A stretch of DNA of 64,000 nt. Origin: Antechinus flavipes. Its lineage: Eukaryota. The DNA is taken from assembly GCF_016432865.1 (NCBI RefSeq), contig NC_067400.1, positions 629,052,001 through 629,116,000 of the forward strand, given 5' to 3'. Positions 9,880-22,849 of the stretch are shown here, in pieces; the first letter of the stretch is position 1, and every line of letters begins with the position of its first letter. The position numbers were made by a program, and so were the translations under genes. Under the pieces are notes generated by a model. It worked only from the letters and a program-made list of their open reading frames with translations, made no database searches and was not told the origin of the DNA.

Positions 9880-12200
9880 CTTTCTCTCCAGTCATCCACG
9901 AGCATCAATTAAGCACCTACTGTGTGCCAAAACACCCGCATCCGCTCGAGGAGCCTGCCCCGTGCCGGGAGTCGCCAGCGGGGAAGGACACGAGCCCGCA
10001 GAAGTCCCCCCGTGGGCAAAGACAGCAAACTGCCCACGCCTCTGAGGGGTCCATTCCCAGTCACGAAGCATCCCCAGAGGGTCCCGGCAGCCTCGAGATG
10101 CTGGAGAAGGACCAGGATGGAGACAGAGGACAGACGTGCCAGACAGGTGGCAGCTCCCCACACTAGGATCCACCCAGGGGCTGACTGAGAAACTGCCTTA
10201 TTCCTAAAAGAAAAAAGGAGGAAGAAAAGGGAGAGAGGAGAGCTGAGTCTTAGAGGAGGTCTGTGCAAGGAGCATCCAGAAGGCCAGCGTGGCAAGAGAG
10301 TCGAGTGTAAGAACCAGAAAGGAGGGAGGGGCCAGGATGCGAAGGACCCCGGATTTTACAGTTGATCCTGGACATTAGTTCAGCCCTCCACATCTCTCAC
10401 ACGGATTATTGCAGTAGTCTTCCAATGGCACCGTCTGTCCCTGTGCCTCCCGTCTCATACTTCCTTGGCTCCACCTTGATTTCCAGACTCGAAAAGGAGT
10501 GGCAAGGATGTTCTCCCACCCTTTCACACCTTACAGGTCCCAGTAGGTCATCATCCAATCCCGTTCCTTTTCCTCCAGCACCTGATTCTTTATTGCCATC
10601 CCAAAGTTCCAAGCGGACTCTCCCCAGCCTTGCACTGGGCCCTCTGGAATTCTGGTTCCAAAAACATGCTTCATCCCAAACTTCTGTCCACTCCTTCCAT
10701 CCCCCTCATCCGCCGGGGAGGAGGGTCTTGCCCGCCTCCAGTCTCTCCCCATTCCATCCTCCATTCAGCCACCAAAGGGATTTCCTAAAGTGTTGTCACC
10801 TCCCTTGCTCAATAACCTCCTGTGTTTCAACCCTCCCCTTCAGGTTCAAATAATAAGCTCTCTCTGAACTTCAGGCTTCTTCCCCCTCTGCCTTTCTAGC
10901 TTCGAACCTTACTGCCCCACACTCCATCCGGGGACTCCAGCCTGGGCTGTCCCATGACCCTCCCCCTCCTGGCTGCAGGCATTCTCTCTGGCTGCCCCTC
11001 ATAGCTGGAATACTCTCCACCCCGCCTTCTTCCTTCTAGTCCCAAATAGAATCCCATCTTCTGGGGGGGAGGGGGAGGAGCTGGCCGGCCCAGGGCGATA
11101 GAAAGATAGAACCATTAGGTCTGAGCTGAAAGCAAGGGACAGCAACCTCCATAAAGTCAGTGAGTCTGTATGGCCCAAGAATGATGCTACAAACATGCAG
11201 ATGAGCCTTGGCAGAAAAAGGAACCCTGGAAAACACTCCACAAAGCCTTTACCAACCTAGTGGTTTGCTTGTCGTCTGCCCCTTTAGAGCTCCTTGAGGG
11301 TAGGGATTGGCTCCCAGGGCTTAGCACGGTGCCCGGAGCCTGGGAAATGATTAGGGCTTCTCAGTGGTTTCTCTGCCTCTCCTCTCCCCAATCCAATCCG
11401 CCCTCCCTCCCCAGGAAACTACCAGAGGAGTTTCCTTAAAGTAAGGTTTGGACCACATCACTTCCATACTCAGTAAACTCCAGTGGCTCCCTATTACCCC
11501 TGGGGGCGGGTAGAAATTCTCTTTGACATTAGGTCTTCTCAACCTGGCCCTTCCTCGCTGCTGACTCTTTTCACATAATTCTCTGCACAGTCTAAATGCT
11601 CGTGTGCTGCCTTCCCTCCTTCGTTGCGTCTGGCCCTCGGGCTCTGGCTGTCTTCAGTGTGTCTGTCCGTTCCCCTCTGTCTTTCTCGCCCCCATTTCCT
11701 TCCTAACTCAGCTCCGCTTCACTCCCTGCACCACAACCTCATCAACTGCTTTGAGCTGAGCACGTATCGTTTCCATTCCAGTCACAAACCCCAGACAACT
11801 CGATGCTGCCTTTGTTTCTGGATGGAGTGGCTCAGTCTATACCCGTGGTCCTCTCCTCATCCCATTCTTTTTCATCATCAGAGCAGCTTTTGTCTAGTGC
11901 TAAAAGATTTGGTCACAACACGTTTTGAGAAGAGTCTCTCACTTTATCCCACAGTCCTCCAGATGAGGTAAGTCAGAGGTGCAGTGTCCTGTCCAGGGTC
12001 ACGCAGCTAGTCTGTGGTCCCACGGGCATTCAGGTTTTCCCGGCCGCGGGAACCCTTTGCCACCTACAGCACCCCGGCTGCCTCGACCTCGTCTAAGTGT
12101 CCCCCCTCACTAGGATGTCAGCTCCTTGAGGGCAGGCTTTGCTTGGGGATCTGTATCACCGGTGGTTAGCACACTTCCTGGCACACGGTATCCAATCCCC
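9880..12200. mobile_element. Cluster of old L2/MIR fragments in the PPP1R12C-TNNT1 intergenic region
   Basis: L2 3'-end-like text (catcaattaagcacctactgtgtgcc; ttattgcagtagtcttccaatgg; agctccttgagggcagg) and a MIR core (agaggtgcagtgtcctgtccagggtcacgcagctagt). Boundaries are approximate. Confidence 0.6.
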
Positions 12201-13472
12201 TGACACGTTCGATGAGAAATACTGTCTGATTTCTCCCCGCTTTTACTCCCCTCCTGCCCCCAATTAGCGGGCATTCCTTGGGCATACATGCAGTACCTCC
12301 GGGGCCACCCTGTGAAGGTGAGCGGAGCTCCCGAGTCTTCAGGACCCTGGACAGCCGCCACCAAGTCCCTTTGGGTTCTAGCCCAAGGCGACCCCTGAGC
12401 AAGGAAGAGCAGCCCATTTGTGGGCTTTAAAAGGAGAAGGGACTTCCACGCATCTCTCCCCTCTCCCCAGCAGCTGCTCATGCATGAGGCACACATGAGC
12501 ATTGCCGCAGCCCTGGACCGTGGCTTCAGGCTCACAGCTGTCTGTTCTGCTGAGCTTTCTGTCCCCCGGAATAGGGGACTGACGGACTGAGAGGATCATC
12601 TTCAGCCTTAGGAGCCGACCTGGTGGGGAAGCTCTGCCCCACTCCTGGAGAGCAGACCGGCAGTGACAGCTGCCTTCTGTAGCCACAACCTTTTCTGAGA
12701 ACACTGATAACCTGGAGGGCCAGCCTGGGGGGGGGGGGGCAACTCGGAGGGCCAACCTGGGCTGAGGGGAAAACCCGGACCAGGGGGACAACTCGGAGGG
12801 CACCCGGACTGGGAGGACAATCCAGAGGGACAATCTGGACTGGGGGGACAACCTGGAGGGCCAACCCAGACTGGCTGGCCCAACTCCAGGGAGATAAAGG
12901 TTGCTCATTCATCTCCTGACCCTTTGTCAGAGTGAACTCCAGCCTTTTGTATCGAAGCTGTTCTTTTGTATGGAGGGGAAACAGCTGCCCTATCTCTAGT
13001 GCCCATCGCTTTCTTCGCTATTCCTTTTGGGGAAGAGCTTAAATGTGGACCAAAACTCAGCTCTTTAAGTGGCTTTCCCTGGCAGTCTGGGCGAGGGGCC
13101 GATGAGAGCCCAAAATAAGACAGCTTAGCCCAGTGCTTGGCACATGGACGCTTATGCTGTTGCTGACTTCTTAAAGACCTAGTGAGGGCAGCAGCCCTGA
13201 GGTGGGTGGGCCAGTGCTAATGCTACAGTTTTCATATTCTTACATACATGTCCCCCTCCCACCCCCCCCACCGGATGTACGCTCTCTGAGGGCAGCAACT
13301 CCAAAGCCGCTATGCATTCCACTGAAGGCAGCACTCGGTCAGGGCCCTCTTGTCACCAGGATCCCAGTCTTGGGGACAGGACTGGCCTGGTCCTAAGAAA
13401 GGAATCATGTGGGATCCTCCTTCCTTCCAGAAGAACCAAAGATCGACTTTTGGCAGACTACCCAGGAGTGTG

Positions 13473-13478
13473 TTTATT
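13473..13478 (-). terminator. TNNT1 polyadenylation signal AATAAA
   Basis: tttatt on +, about 135 nt after the TGA. Confidence 0.8.
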
Positions 13479-13613
13479 CAAGAAGAGCAGGCAAGAAGCT
13501 GAAGGTGGGTACGAGGGCGGCTGCCTGCAGGGTCAGAGGAGAGGGGGCATCTCGGGACCAGATGGGAAGGGTCACTGTGATCCTCTCTCCAGGCCTCTCC
13601 TTGGATGGAAGGC

Positions 13614-16600
13614 TCACTTCCAGCGTCCGCCAACACGACCCTTGCCGGCCCCCTTCCTACTGCTCAGGGAGAAGGATGGGAGTCAGAACCGGGGCTGGAT
13701 GGGAGTCAGAACGGGGGCTGGATGGGAGTCAGAACCGGGGCTGGATGGGAGTCAGAACCGGGGCTGGATGGGGTCCCAGGAAGCCCACTTCCCAGCTCCG
13801 CAAGCACAGGCTCACAACCACCAGACTTGCTGTCCATGGGGGCTCAAGGACAGGCAGCTGATATTTGTGGGGTTTATTGGATCAGCATGAGCCGGCTCTC
13901 TAGTGTGCCACGGCCTGGGGGGGGCTGTTTCTCATCACTGTCACGGGCAGTGGACTTGGAAGTGTCAGAGTCCTGCTCTCGAGCAAGGGAAGGGGAGGAT
14001 CTAGGCGGGTGTATAGCATGCGGTACGGAGGGAGGGGAAGGACAAATTGAAGTGCGGAGGGACCCAGAACCATGGAGACTGAGTCTTAGGGAGAGACACG
14101 CTTGAGGCGACAAGATGCTAGGGGGTACTGAGAAGACATGCTCGGCCTGAGACAGAAACACAGAGACAGATTGGGGTGGGAGAGAAAGAGACAGAGGGAG
14201 AGAAACAGAAAAAGGGGAGGAGAGGACAATGGAGAGAGAGAAAAAGGGGGGAGAGATCCAGGCAGAGGGAGGGGAGAGAGACAAGAGGGGGAAGAAAGGG
14301 AGTCAGCTGCCCCCGGCCTGTGTCTATACTAGCCCTCACTGCCCAGAACTCAGCAGGCCATCCAAGAGAGGCTTGGGCCCGATGCCCTCGGCCCCCTTCT
14401 GGCCAGGACGCTTTTCTCATGGAGCTAGAGTTCTAGCTCCTTCCCTGCTTCTGGGCTCGTGTCTCTTAATGTGTCCCTACTGAGTTTCCTTTTTGTCCTC
14501 CACACTACACTGTTACCTCATGCTGAACTTGCAGTCCACTAACACCCTCAGATCTTTCTTGGATTCATGATTATCTATCCATGCGTCCCCTAAAATGTAT
14601 TTGCAAAAGTTTTAATTTTTTTTACCCTAAGCATCAATTATTGACTTAGATACTGCAGCGAATGAGTGATCTCACGGTCTCCTACACTTCCTCACAGAGG
14701 ATGCATTTGGAGCCTGCTCTATGCCCTACCCATACCAGCAGGTCATGTGTCCAGCCCCCCAGGGGCCTTGGGTACCAGCAGGCCACGTGACCAGCCCTTG
14801 CTCCCCCCACTTTCTTCTCCCCCAGTTGTCTCTATGGTGTCATCCTTCCCACCAACTTTGGTGTTGAAGCCTCGGGCTGTGGCCCACTGCCACCCACTGC
14901 CCACTTCTCTATGGTCCCCGGGGTGGTCTTCCCTCCAGCTCATTGGACACCGGCGTTCCCCGGCTCCCAGCCAGCAGAGCCTTGGAGCCTCCTCACTTAC
15001 TCAGTGGAAGAAGCTGGCGCCCAGAGTGGGGCGGCCCAAAGTCGCCCAGCCGTTAAGTGTGAGGGGGTGTGGGGACCAGACATTTTTCCCTCACTGACCA
15101 TCACTTGTACATGACCACAGGACGCTCTGGCTAGAGGCCTGGATGTTGGGGAGCAGCTCGGGGCCCCAGGGCCCTGCCCAAGGCCCAAAGGCCGGGTAGG
15201 TGTGACCCAGTCTCCATGGCTGCCGCAGCCTGGACGCCCTGAGGGATCGGCCTCCGGCTTGGCCATCCAGCTGCATGTGAGTCCGCTCAAGGCCGCAGTC
15301 TCCGCCCCCTCAGCCAGGCCCCTGAGGGCTTCCCTGTGGCCTTAAGCAAGTACCTTCCCTCTTTGGAGACCTTTCCTGGGGTGTAAAACCACCCTCTGGG
15401 ACTCAGTGGCCCCTTCCAACCTGGCGTCTGGGAGCCCTGACCCCCGCCAGGGGCCAAAGGGTAAGCCGGGCTTTCCCCTAGACTTCCATCCCATAGATTC
15501 TGCCCCGGACCCGGGCCTGGTCACACGCGGCGGCAGCTCCACTTGGCAGCCCCAAGGATGCCATCCTGCCCTTTGTCCCGTGACTGGGGGAAAGGTCATC
15601 CCCCGGAGGCGGCACATGGGGGCTCACCCCCCAGGAGCCTGCTTCCGAGGGGCCCGGGGCCACTGACTGCCTCTGAATCTGGTCCCTCCCCCGGCCCCAA
15701 AGGCAGCGCCCTCTGCAGCCCGGTCCCGATCTGCCGGGATTGGTCCCGTCCAAGAGGGAAACGAGTGCCCCGGGGTTCTCTGAGACCACAGCCTCCTTTT
15801 CTAGAGCTCCATTCCCATCCTTTTAGTAATGAGCCGGAAATCCTGATCACCATTAAATGAAGCTCACTGCTTGAGGAAGAGGAGGGGAGGGAAGACACAC
15901 ACACAGAGCTACAGACACAAGGAGGGAAAGCGAAGCCCAGGGGACCCCCCGGAGAGGGAGGCGGAGACACGGGGAGAGAAACGGCAGGAGAGCTGCGGGA
16001 GGGGGGCGTCGGAAGAACGGGGGCGGGGCTGAGACCCACTTACAACTTCTGGGCATGGCTGATCCGGTTGTAGAGAACGTTGATCTGGGGGTGGAGAAGG
16101 ACGGATCAGAGGGATGGGAGATGGGGGCCCCTCCCTCAGGTCCCCCCTCCCTCAGACCCCCCCCGCCCCGCCCCGGCTCACCTCATACTTCTGCTGCTTT
16201 AGCTTCTCGGTCAGGTCAAATTTCTCCGACTCCAGCTGGTGAATCCAGTCGGACAGCTCCCGGGCCTTCTCCCTGCGACGGGGGCGGAGACCATGGGCCC
16301 CACCCCGCGGCGCCCGTCCCTGCTCCCGCCCCGCCCTCCTCCCTGCCCCGGCTGTCTCTCTCCGCTCCCGCGCTGACCCTCCTCCTCTCGGTCCCCCTCG
16401 GGTCCCTGCCCGGCCCCGCCCTCCTCTCTGCCCCGTCGGTCTCTCTCCGCTCCCGCGCTGACCTCCTCCCCTCGCCCCCCCCCCCCGGGGTCCCTGCCGG
16501 CCCCGCCCTCCTCCCTGCCCCGTCGGTCTCTCTCCGCTCCCGCGCTGACCTCCTCCCCTCGGTCCCCGCTGGGGTCCCTGCCGGCCCCGCGCGGCGCCCG

Positions 16601-19600
16601 TCCCTGCTCCCGCCCCGCCCTCCTCCCTGCCCGGTCTGTCTCTCTCCCGCGCTGACCCCCCTCCCCTCGGTCCCCCTCGGTCCCTGCCCCGCCCCTCTTC
16701 CCTGCCCTTATCGCCCCGCGGCCGCTCTTCCAGGCCGCCTCCCTGGGCCGGCCTCCCCTGGGGGCGGGGATGCGCCCGCGCCAGTCCCTCTCCAGCCCCC
16801 GGGGCCTCCAGGACCGAAGGGCGCGCTCCTGGGCGCCGAGTCCGACGCTGAGACCCCGGACTCCCATCCACAGCTGCGGCTCTGCGTGACGGTCGTGTCG
16901 CCGGCGGGCCGCGCGCGCCCCCTGCTGGCCGCGAGCCGCCTCTGCCTGCCGGGGAGCCGCCTCTGGGCTCCCCTTTTATTCTTCGCACTCCCTCCCCGGC
17001 CCGGACGGGTTCCTGATTAGAGCTCGGCAAGTGCCGGGTCTCCGTGGCCCCCGCCCCGCGATTCCCTTTTCTGCCTCTAAACCCTCCTTTCGTCCCATCA
17101 TCCATTTCTCCAAGTTTCCATGTTCTTTTGTTTCCCTCTTCGTCCTGTTTCTGTCTCCGAACTTCCGTACGGGTGTAGTTACCTCTGCTCTGCGAGTTTC
17201 TCTCAGTTTTTCTCCCCCCCCTCCATTTTTTCTCTCCCTCCTCCCCCTCCTCCATTTTTCTCTCCCTCCTCCCCTCCACTTGTACTCCCACCTGAGCTGC
17301 TCCTCCCCCATGTGATCGATGTTCAAGGGTTTCTTCCGCTCAGACAGAATCCTCTGTTTCATCTCTCTCCCAGTCTGGCGTTTCCCCCGCTTTTGCTCGG
17401 CCTGGCGGGGAGGGGGGATAGATGAAGCCCCCCCAGCCCGACCCCCACCCCGAGCCCCCTCCTCCTCAGAGGCCCCGCCAACGTTACCTTGACCAGGTAG
17501 CCCCCAAAGTGGGCGCCCATGTTGGACAGGACCTTCTTTTTTTTGGCATCATCCTCAGCCCTTTTCTTCGCCTCTTCCTCCTCCTTCCTCATTTTTTCCT
17601 CCTGGGGGGCGGGGAGAGGAAGGGTGCAGAAAGATGGAAGCAGCTCGTTGGGGGGGGGGGGGAAGCTGTCTCGGGTCCTTCCAAAGGCCGCCCCCACCCT
17701 CTGGTGTCGCCGGGGCTTTGCGCCTCTGCACCCTCCTCCAGGGCCGGCTCCTTTGCTAGGGTGTAAGCTCCTGGGGACGGGCAGGGCAGAGGTTCGGTAC
17801 AGTGTCCTCAGTGCCTTGCTGGGCCGGGGAAGCACCTTCTCTCTCACTCATTCATTCCCGAAGAAGCAGACCCGGAGAGGCTCATGGGAGCCCGCAAGCG
17901 GCTGCTTCACTAACCTTTTTCCTGGGCAAAGTCAGAGCTCAAGGACCCTTAGGGAGCATCTAGCTTTAGAGATGAGGAGCCGGGGCTCAGGGGGGACCAG
18001 GGCCAGCAGAAAACAAGGAGCCCCAGAAGGCTCAGGGGGTGCAGGGGAAGGGAAGGGGGCCCACCGCCAGCTTGGCTTGTCGCTCCCTCTCTTTCTCTGT
18101 CCGGACTCGCTGCTGCTCCGCTCTCTCTGCTCTCCGGCGTTCCTGAGGGAGAGGCGAGGGAGAGGAGAGGATTGCCCCCCATCCTCCCCTGCACCCCCTC
18201 TCCCTGTGGCACCAGCAACTCCTGGGAAAAGTCAGAAAGTAAGGAAACCAAAGCCCTGATTCGCGTGATCTGAGGAACGGCCCTTCCTCAGTCTCTTGGG
18301 GTCTCAAGTCCCCTCCTCCTAATAACAATAACATTACCGCAAGGCTTCTAGAGTAGGCTTGCAAAGAACCTTCACAGCTATTATCTCACTGAATCCTGAC
18401 AAAACAACCCACAGCACCGAAGAATTGTTCCACCGTTTCTTTACGATTTATTATTGGTAAATGTTGGATTTGTGTAGCTGTCATTTCCTGGGCGGGGAAA
18501 GTTTAAGCAGCTCTGGCCTAAGCCGCCGGGGTGCCTCCAAAGTAAGGAAAGGCATTCATGGGGCTTTAGGGACGCCCTCGCTGGGGCTCAGTTTCCTCAT
18601 GAGTAAAATGGAAGCGTGAGGTCCCAAGGGCTACGAGATCTCCATCGGTGACCTTGTGGTCTCTCAAACACGAGGCTGATTCCGACCCCGAATCGCAGCC
18701 CTGGAAGGTTGCCTGGGAGGAGACTCTTGGCCTTGTGGGAGCTTGGGGAAGTCCCTGTACCTGTCCCGGAGGCCAGTGTCAGGGGCCCACAGTTGGGGGA
18801 GGGGGATGCCTTGGCTCCGCAACACTCACAATCCTGTCCTTCAGCCCCACGAGCTCCTCCTCCTCCTTCTTCCTCTGCTCAAAGTGCACATCGATCAGGG
18901 TCTGCAGCTCCAGCAGGTCCTTCTCCATGCGTTTTCGGTGGATGTCCTAGGGTGACATTTGGGGCATGGGGAACTTGTTTCAGAGATCATTAAGGCAGGT
19001 CTTGTAGCACTAGCTCCCAGGCTTCCCTGCTGCAGCCTTGTAGCCACATGGAGACTTCGAATGTCCCGGGTCGGGTGGCCTTCGGGAGACCAGGCTCGGG
19101 GCCCACATTTCCCAGTTTAGGGCTTCAGGAGGCGGCCCTGTGGGGTGAAAGGGCTGGTGCTGAGCAGCACCTGCTCGAGACCCCTCCCACCAGCCAACGA
19201 GCAGGCAAGAAGCTCCCTCTTAGACTTAAAGCCAGAAGCTCCAGCCCCGCACCCGGAAAGCCCCAGTGCCCAGTCTCCTCCCTCCACTCACATCGAAATC
19301 GACTCTCTCTCCCTCGGGGATCTTTGGTGGGATCAGTGGAGGCACCATGGGCCTGCTGGGGCAGGGAAGACAAACAGAGGTTGGACTAGTGAACAACTCA
19401 CAATCAGGGCCAGGATCTCCTTTTCCCCTCTTCTCTCTTCCCCCAAATCTTGGACAATAAGAGAGCAAAGGGAATCTTCCAAAGGCTGCGGGAATGTCTT
19501 CGGGAGGGTGGGCCCCTGAGCGCCGCTCACACGTCCCCTTGAGACCATTTGGGGAAGCACAGAATGGCGGATTTCACTCGTAGGCTTGACCAAGTCCCCA

Positions 19601-22111
19601 TTCCTGGTGAGTCTCGTTTTCCTTCTATCTATAATGCAAAGACTCAGCAAACATTTCCTAAACTCCCTTCCTGTACCATTTTGGTCAAGACTTCCTGCGT
19701 GAGGGCAGCTAGGTGGTGCAGTGGATAGAGCACTGGTCTTAGAGGAATCAGAAGGTCCTGAGCTCCAATCTGACCTTAGACACACTTGGACTTTTCCTAG
19801 TTCTATAATCTACCANNNNNNNNNNNNNNNNNNNNNNNNNNNNNNNNNNNNNNNNNNNNNNNNNNNNNNNNNNNNNNNNNNNNNNNNNNNNNNNNNNNNN
19901 NNNNNNNNNNNNNNNNNNNNNNNNNNNNNNNNNNNNNNNNNNNNNNNNNNNNNNNNNNNNNNNNNNNNNNNNNNNNNNNNNNNNNNNNNNNNNNNNNNNN
20001 NNNNNNNNNNNNNNNNNNNNNNNNNNNNNNNNNNNNNNNNNNNNNNNNNNNNNNNNNNNNNNNNNNNNNNNNNNNNNNNNNNNNNNNNNNNNNNNNNNNN
20101 NNNNNNNNNNNNNNNNNNNNNNNNNNNNNNNNNNNNNNNNNNNNNNNNNNNNNNNNNNNNNNNNNNNNNNNNNNNNNNNNNNNNNNNNNNNNNNNNNNNN
20201 NNNNNNNNNNNNNNNNNNNNNNNNNNNNNNNNNNNNNNNNNNNNNNNNNNNNNNNNNNNNNNNNNNNNNNNNNNNNNNNNNNNNNNNNNNNNNNNNNNNN
20301 NNNNNNNNNNNNNNNNNNNNNNNNNNNNNNNNNNNNNNNNNNNNNNNNNNNNNNNNNNNNNNNNNNNNNNNNNNNNNNNNNNNNNNNNNNNNNNNNNNNN
20401 NNNNNNNNNNNNNNNNNNNNNNNNNNNNNNNNNNNNNNNNNNNNNNNNNNNNNNNNNNNNNNNNNNNNNNNNNNNNNNNNNNNNNNNNNNNNNNNNNNNN
20501 NNNNNNNNNNTGTGACCTTGAGCAAAGAGCATTTCTCTCTTTCTGAGCCCCCACCCCCATCTGTGAAATGGGAGAGGATTAGTCACGTTCCCTGTGGTTT
20601 GGGATTGCCCGCTGGGCGCAGTCCAGTTAGGACAGGCACTCACCTGGGTTTGGGGCGCTCCTCTTCTGTAAGGAGGGAGTTGAAGACAGAGAGAGATAAT
20701 TAGAGAGGGGAAAGTGGTTGGGAGACTAATACCTCGCTTGATCCTAGGCTCGGGAGGATTGGGAAGGTCTGGGTCTGGGCACCGATTCCTCTTGCCCTCG
20801 GGGAGGAGGGTACAATGGGTAGGGGGCGCAGAGCTGGGATCACACAGCGACCATATACATTCACAATTTGTTGGGGAGTGTTCCCCATCCCTCCAGGGAT
20901 CCCTGTTTCCCGGCTCCCGGTCCCTTCCCGCTCAGGGACCCAGATATCCCCCCTCAGCAAATCCTTCCTCAAGGACCCATTGGACCTGCCCCTGTAGCAC
21001 TCCTCTCCCACCCCCTGAGGGACCCAGGTCCCCCATTAGGGATCTCCCAGTTCCCACCGCTGCCACTCGCCAACTTCAGGCATCCAGGACCTCCCGACCC
21101 CCAGCTTTCTTAGGGACCCCAACCCCCTCCCTCCCAACCCCAAACCTTTGAATGTATATCAAGGAAAGAAGGCAGGTGTGGGAAAGGGAGGAGTGGGTGC
21201 GGCCCCTTGAAGGGGGCTCGATATTGCTTAGAGAACACCCAGGGGGCGAGTGAAGGGCCGCGGCCTGGATGGGATTTTCCCCCCTGCCCGGGTTCCCGGA
21301 GACGGAAGCGAAGCGACCACCATACCTCGCTCTGCAACCGGCTCGGACTCCTCAGGGGCTGGGGTGGGGGGAGAGGGAGAAGCGAGGAATTGGGGGAGGG
21401 GGAGGGTCCCGCCAGCAGCGCAGGGGGAGGGGAGAAAGAGGAGAGGCTGTTAAAGGGCAGAATCTGGCGCCAGGTGGAGAGTCCCCCCCATAATGCCACT
21501 GGCAGCCCCCTTGCCCTCTCTGGGCTATCACCCTCCCCCCCCAGCCCCAGGGGGACCCAAGGATCTCTAAGCGCCTTTCAGGCATTAGCGGTCACCCAGC
21601 CGTAAGAACCCGGAAGCCGCCGTCCCAGATTCAGAGATCCGAGCACCCCTCTGTCACCCTTCCGTAGAACTCACCTTCCTCCTCCTCCGCGGCCTCCTCC
21701 TCTGAGGTCAGGGAACCCACCGCATGGAGGGAGAAAAAAGAAAAAAAAAAAAAAAAAAAGGTTGTCTTTGGGAGGGGCGGTGGACAGCGCCGTGGTGCTG
21801 AAAGAGTTAAAGCCGCCGCCTCCTCTCCCTGCTCCCAAGTCCGCGGGCGCCTGGGCGGCCTTCGTGGCTCTTCTCGAGTTCAGGACAGAGCACGGCCCCG
21901 GGGGGCCGAACCCCAGAGCCCACCCCCTCAGGACCCAGGAGTCCTGGTCCTCCTTTCCCTCCCCATCCCAGGGCCCTGCACTCACCTTCCTGCTGTTCCC
22001 TATAGATTGGGACAGGAGAGAGGAAGAAGTCAGATCAGACATCAAGGTGCGCCCTCTCCCCACCCCCCCCAATACTTACTCCTCATAATCCTGCTCCTCG
22101 GTGTCTGACAT
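13614..22111 (-). CDS. TNNT1: Slow skeletal troponin T, 13 coding exons, 262 aa
   Basis: Exons: 22080-22111 (ATG), 21986-21999, 21675-21701, 21326-21358, 20644-20665, 19292-19355, 18830-18946, 18065-18142, 17488-17601, 17292-17401, 16182-16272, 16044-16084, 13614-13659; total 789 nt. Sequence [11 protein letters not shown]...[36 protein letters not shown]...KGRVGGRWK*. The non-coding first exon was not located. Confidence 0.96.
13672..13772. repeat. 23-bp minisatellite (~4 copies) just upstream of the last TNNT1 exon
   Basis: ggatgggagtcagaaccggggct repeated. Confidence 0.85.
16310..16720. repeat. GC-rich imperfect tandem repeat in TNNT1 intron 11
   Basis: Recurring ccctgccccggtcggtctctctccgctcccgcgctgacctcctcccctcgg blocks. 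Confidence 0.75.
16915..16930 (-). promoter_or_regulatory. CTCF consensus site in an intronic CpG island of TNNT1
   Basis: Minus strand GGCCAGCAGGGGGCGC, matching the CTCF core CCAGCAGGGGGCGC. Confidence 0.65.
19703..19785 (+). mobile_element. tRNA-derived CORE-SINE (MAR1/WSINE-like) fragment
   Basis: gggcagctaggtggtgcagtggatagagcactgg...ctgagctccaatctgacc (A/B box-like head typical of marsupial SINEs). Confidence 0.7.
19816..20510. other. Assembly gap (N run) inside TNNT1 intron 6
   Basis: Run of n. Confidence 1.
21782..21802. promoter_or_regulatory. Non-canonical REST/RE1 element: perfect right half-site abutting an inverted perfect left half-site
   Basis: GGACAGCGCC (21782-21791) followed directly by GTGGTGCTGAA (reverse complement of TTCAGCACCAC), in TNNT1 intron 3. 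Confidence 0.45.
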
Positions 22112-22849
22112 TGTCGGAGGAACCTGGGGAAAGATGGTGGAGGGGTTAGGGTTAGTGTGCGGCCACTGAAGGGATGGAGTGGGGGGGGAGGGGGCAGGAT
22201 CGGGGCCCTTCCCCCACCAGCCCCACCACCTGTCTTCTGGTCTCGGGACACTGGGGGATGGGAAGGAACCCGATCGGGGAGATTAGCCCTGGGCATTCCT
22301 GGACAAACAATAGCCGCCCCCGCTCCCGCTCCCATCCAGTCAGAAGCTATTTCTGGGGGTCTCGGGCCAGGGCCAAGGCCAGGATGTGGCCGAATAAGGA
22401 TAGAGTTACCCCAGGCCCTGACTCACGACTGCCCTTGTCTCCTCTCACCAAGCCCCTGACCTTAGGCCTTCTCTCGGACCATCCCCAACCCACCCCAGTC
22501 TCGTATTCTTAGAAGCTGACGTTTGGGCTTCCCTCCTGGAGCCTTACAGATAGGGAAACTGAGTCCTACGGAGGGAATGGAATTTTCCAAGGTCATCGTT
22601 AAGTCAATAATAGTAGAAAAGAAAGTTCCTGGCAATGAGTCTTATTCCCCCTCCCCACCCTCCTCACCCTCGCCCATTCTCTCGGATTTTGACAGCTCAG
22701 TAGGTTTCCTCTCAACCTGTACGCAGCCCCCCACTCTCACTGGAAAGCGGGGCTCCTCTAATCCCGTCTCCCACTGTTTGCGTCTATATCTGCCCCTGTT
22801 TGGGGCGGTCTGCAATTCTGACCGCATCATTGTCTCTCTCACTGCCCCT

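Noticed and set aside
16273-16330. Human-type alternative upstream acceptor of TNNT1 exon 12 (16-aa insert)
   Set aside because: The nearest upstream AG would add 47 nt, which is out of frame. Not supported.
16055-17291. Long ORFs (321 and 379 aa) across TNNT1 intron 11
   Set aside because: They arise from a stop-poor GC-rich repeat and CpG island; low complexity with no domain.
19721-20643. ORFs of 240-277 aa
   Set aside because: Artefacts of the N gap (the same applies to 25246-26268 and 49585-50889).
22141-22155. TTAGGG-like interstitial telomere motif
   Set aside because: Only two imperfect copies, expected by chance.
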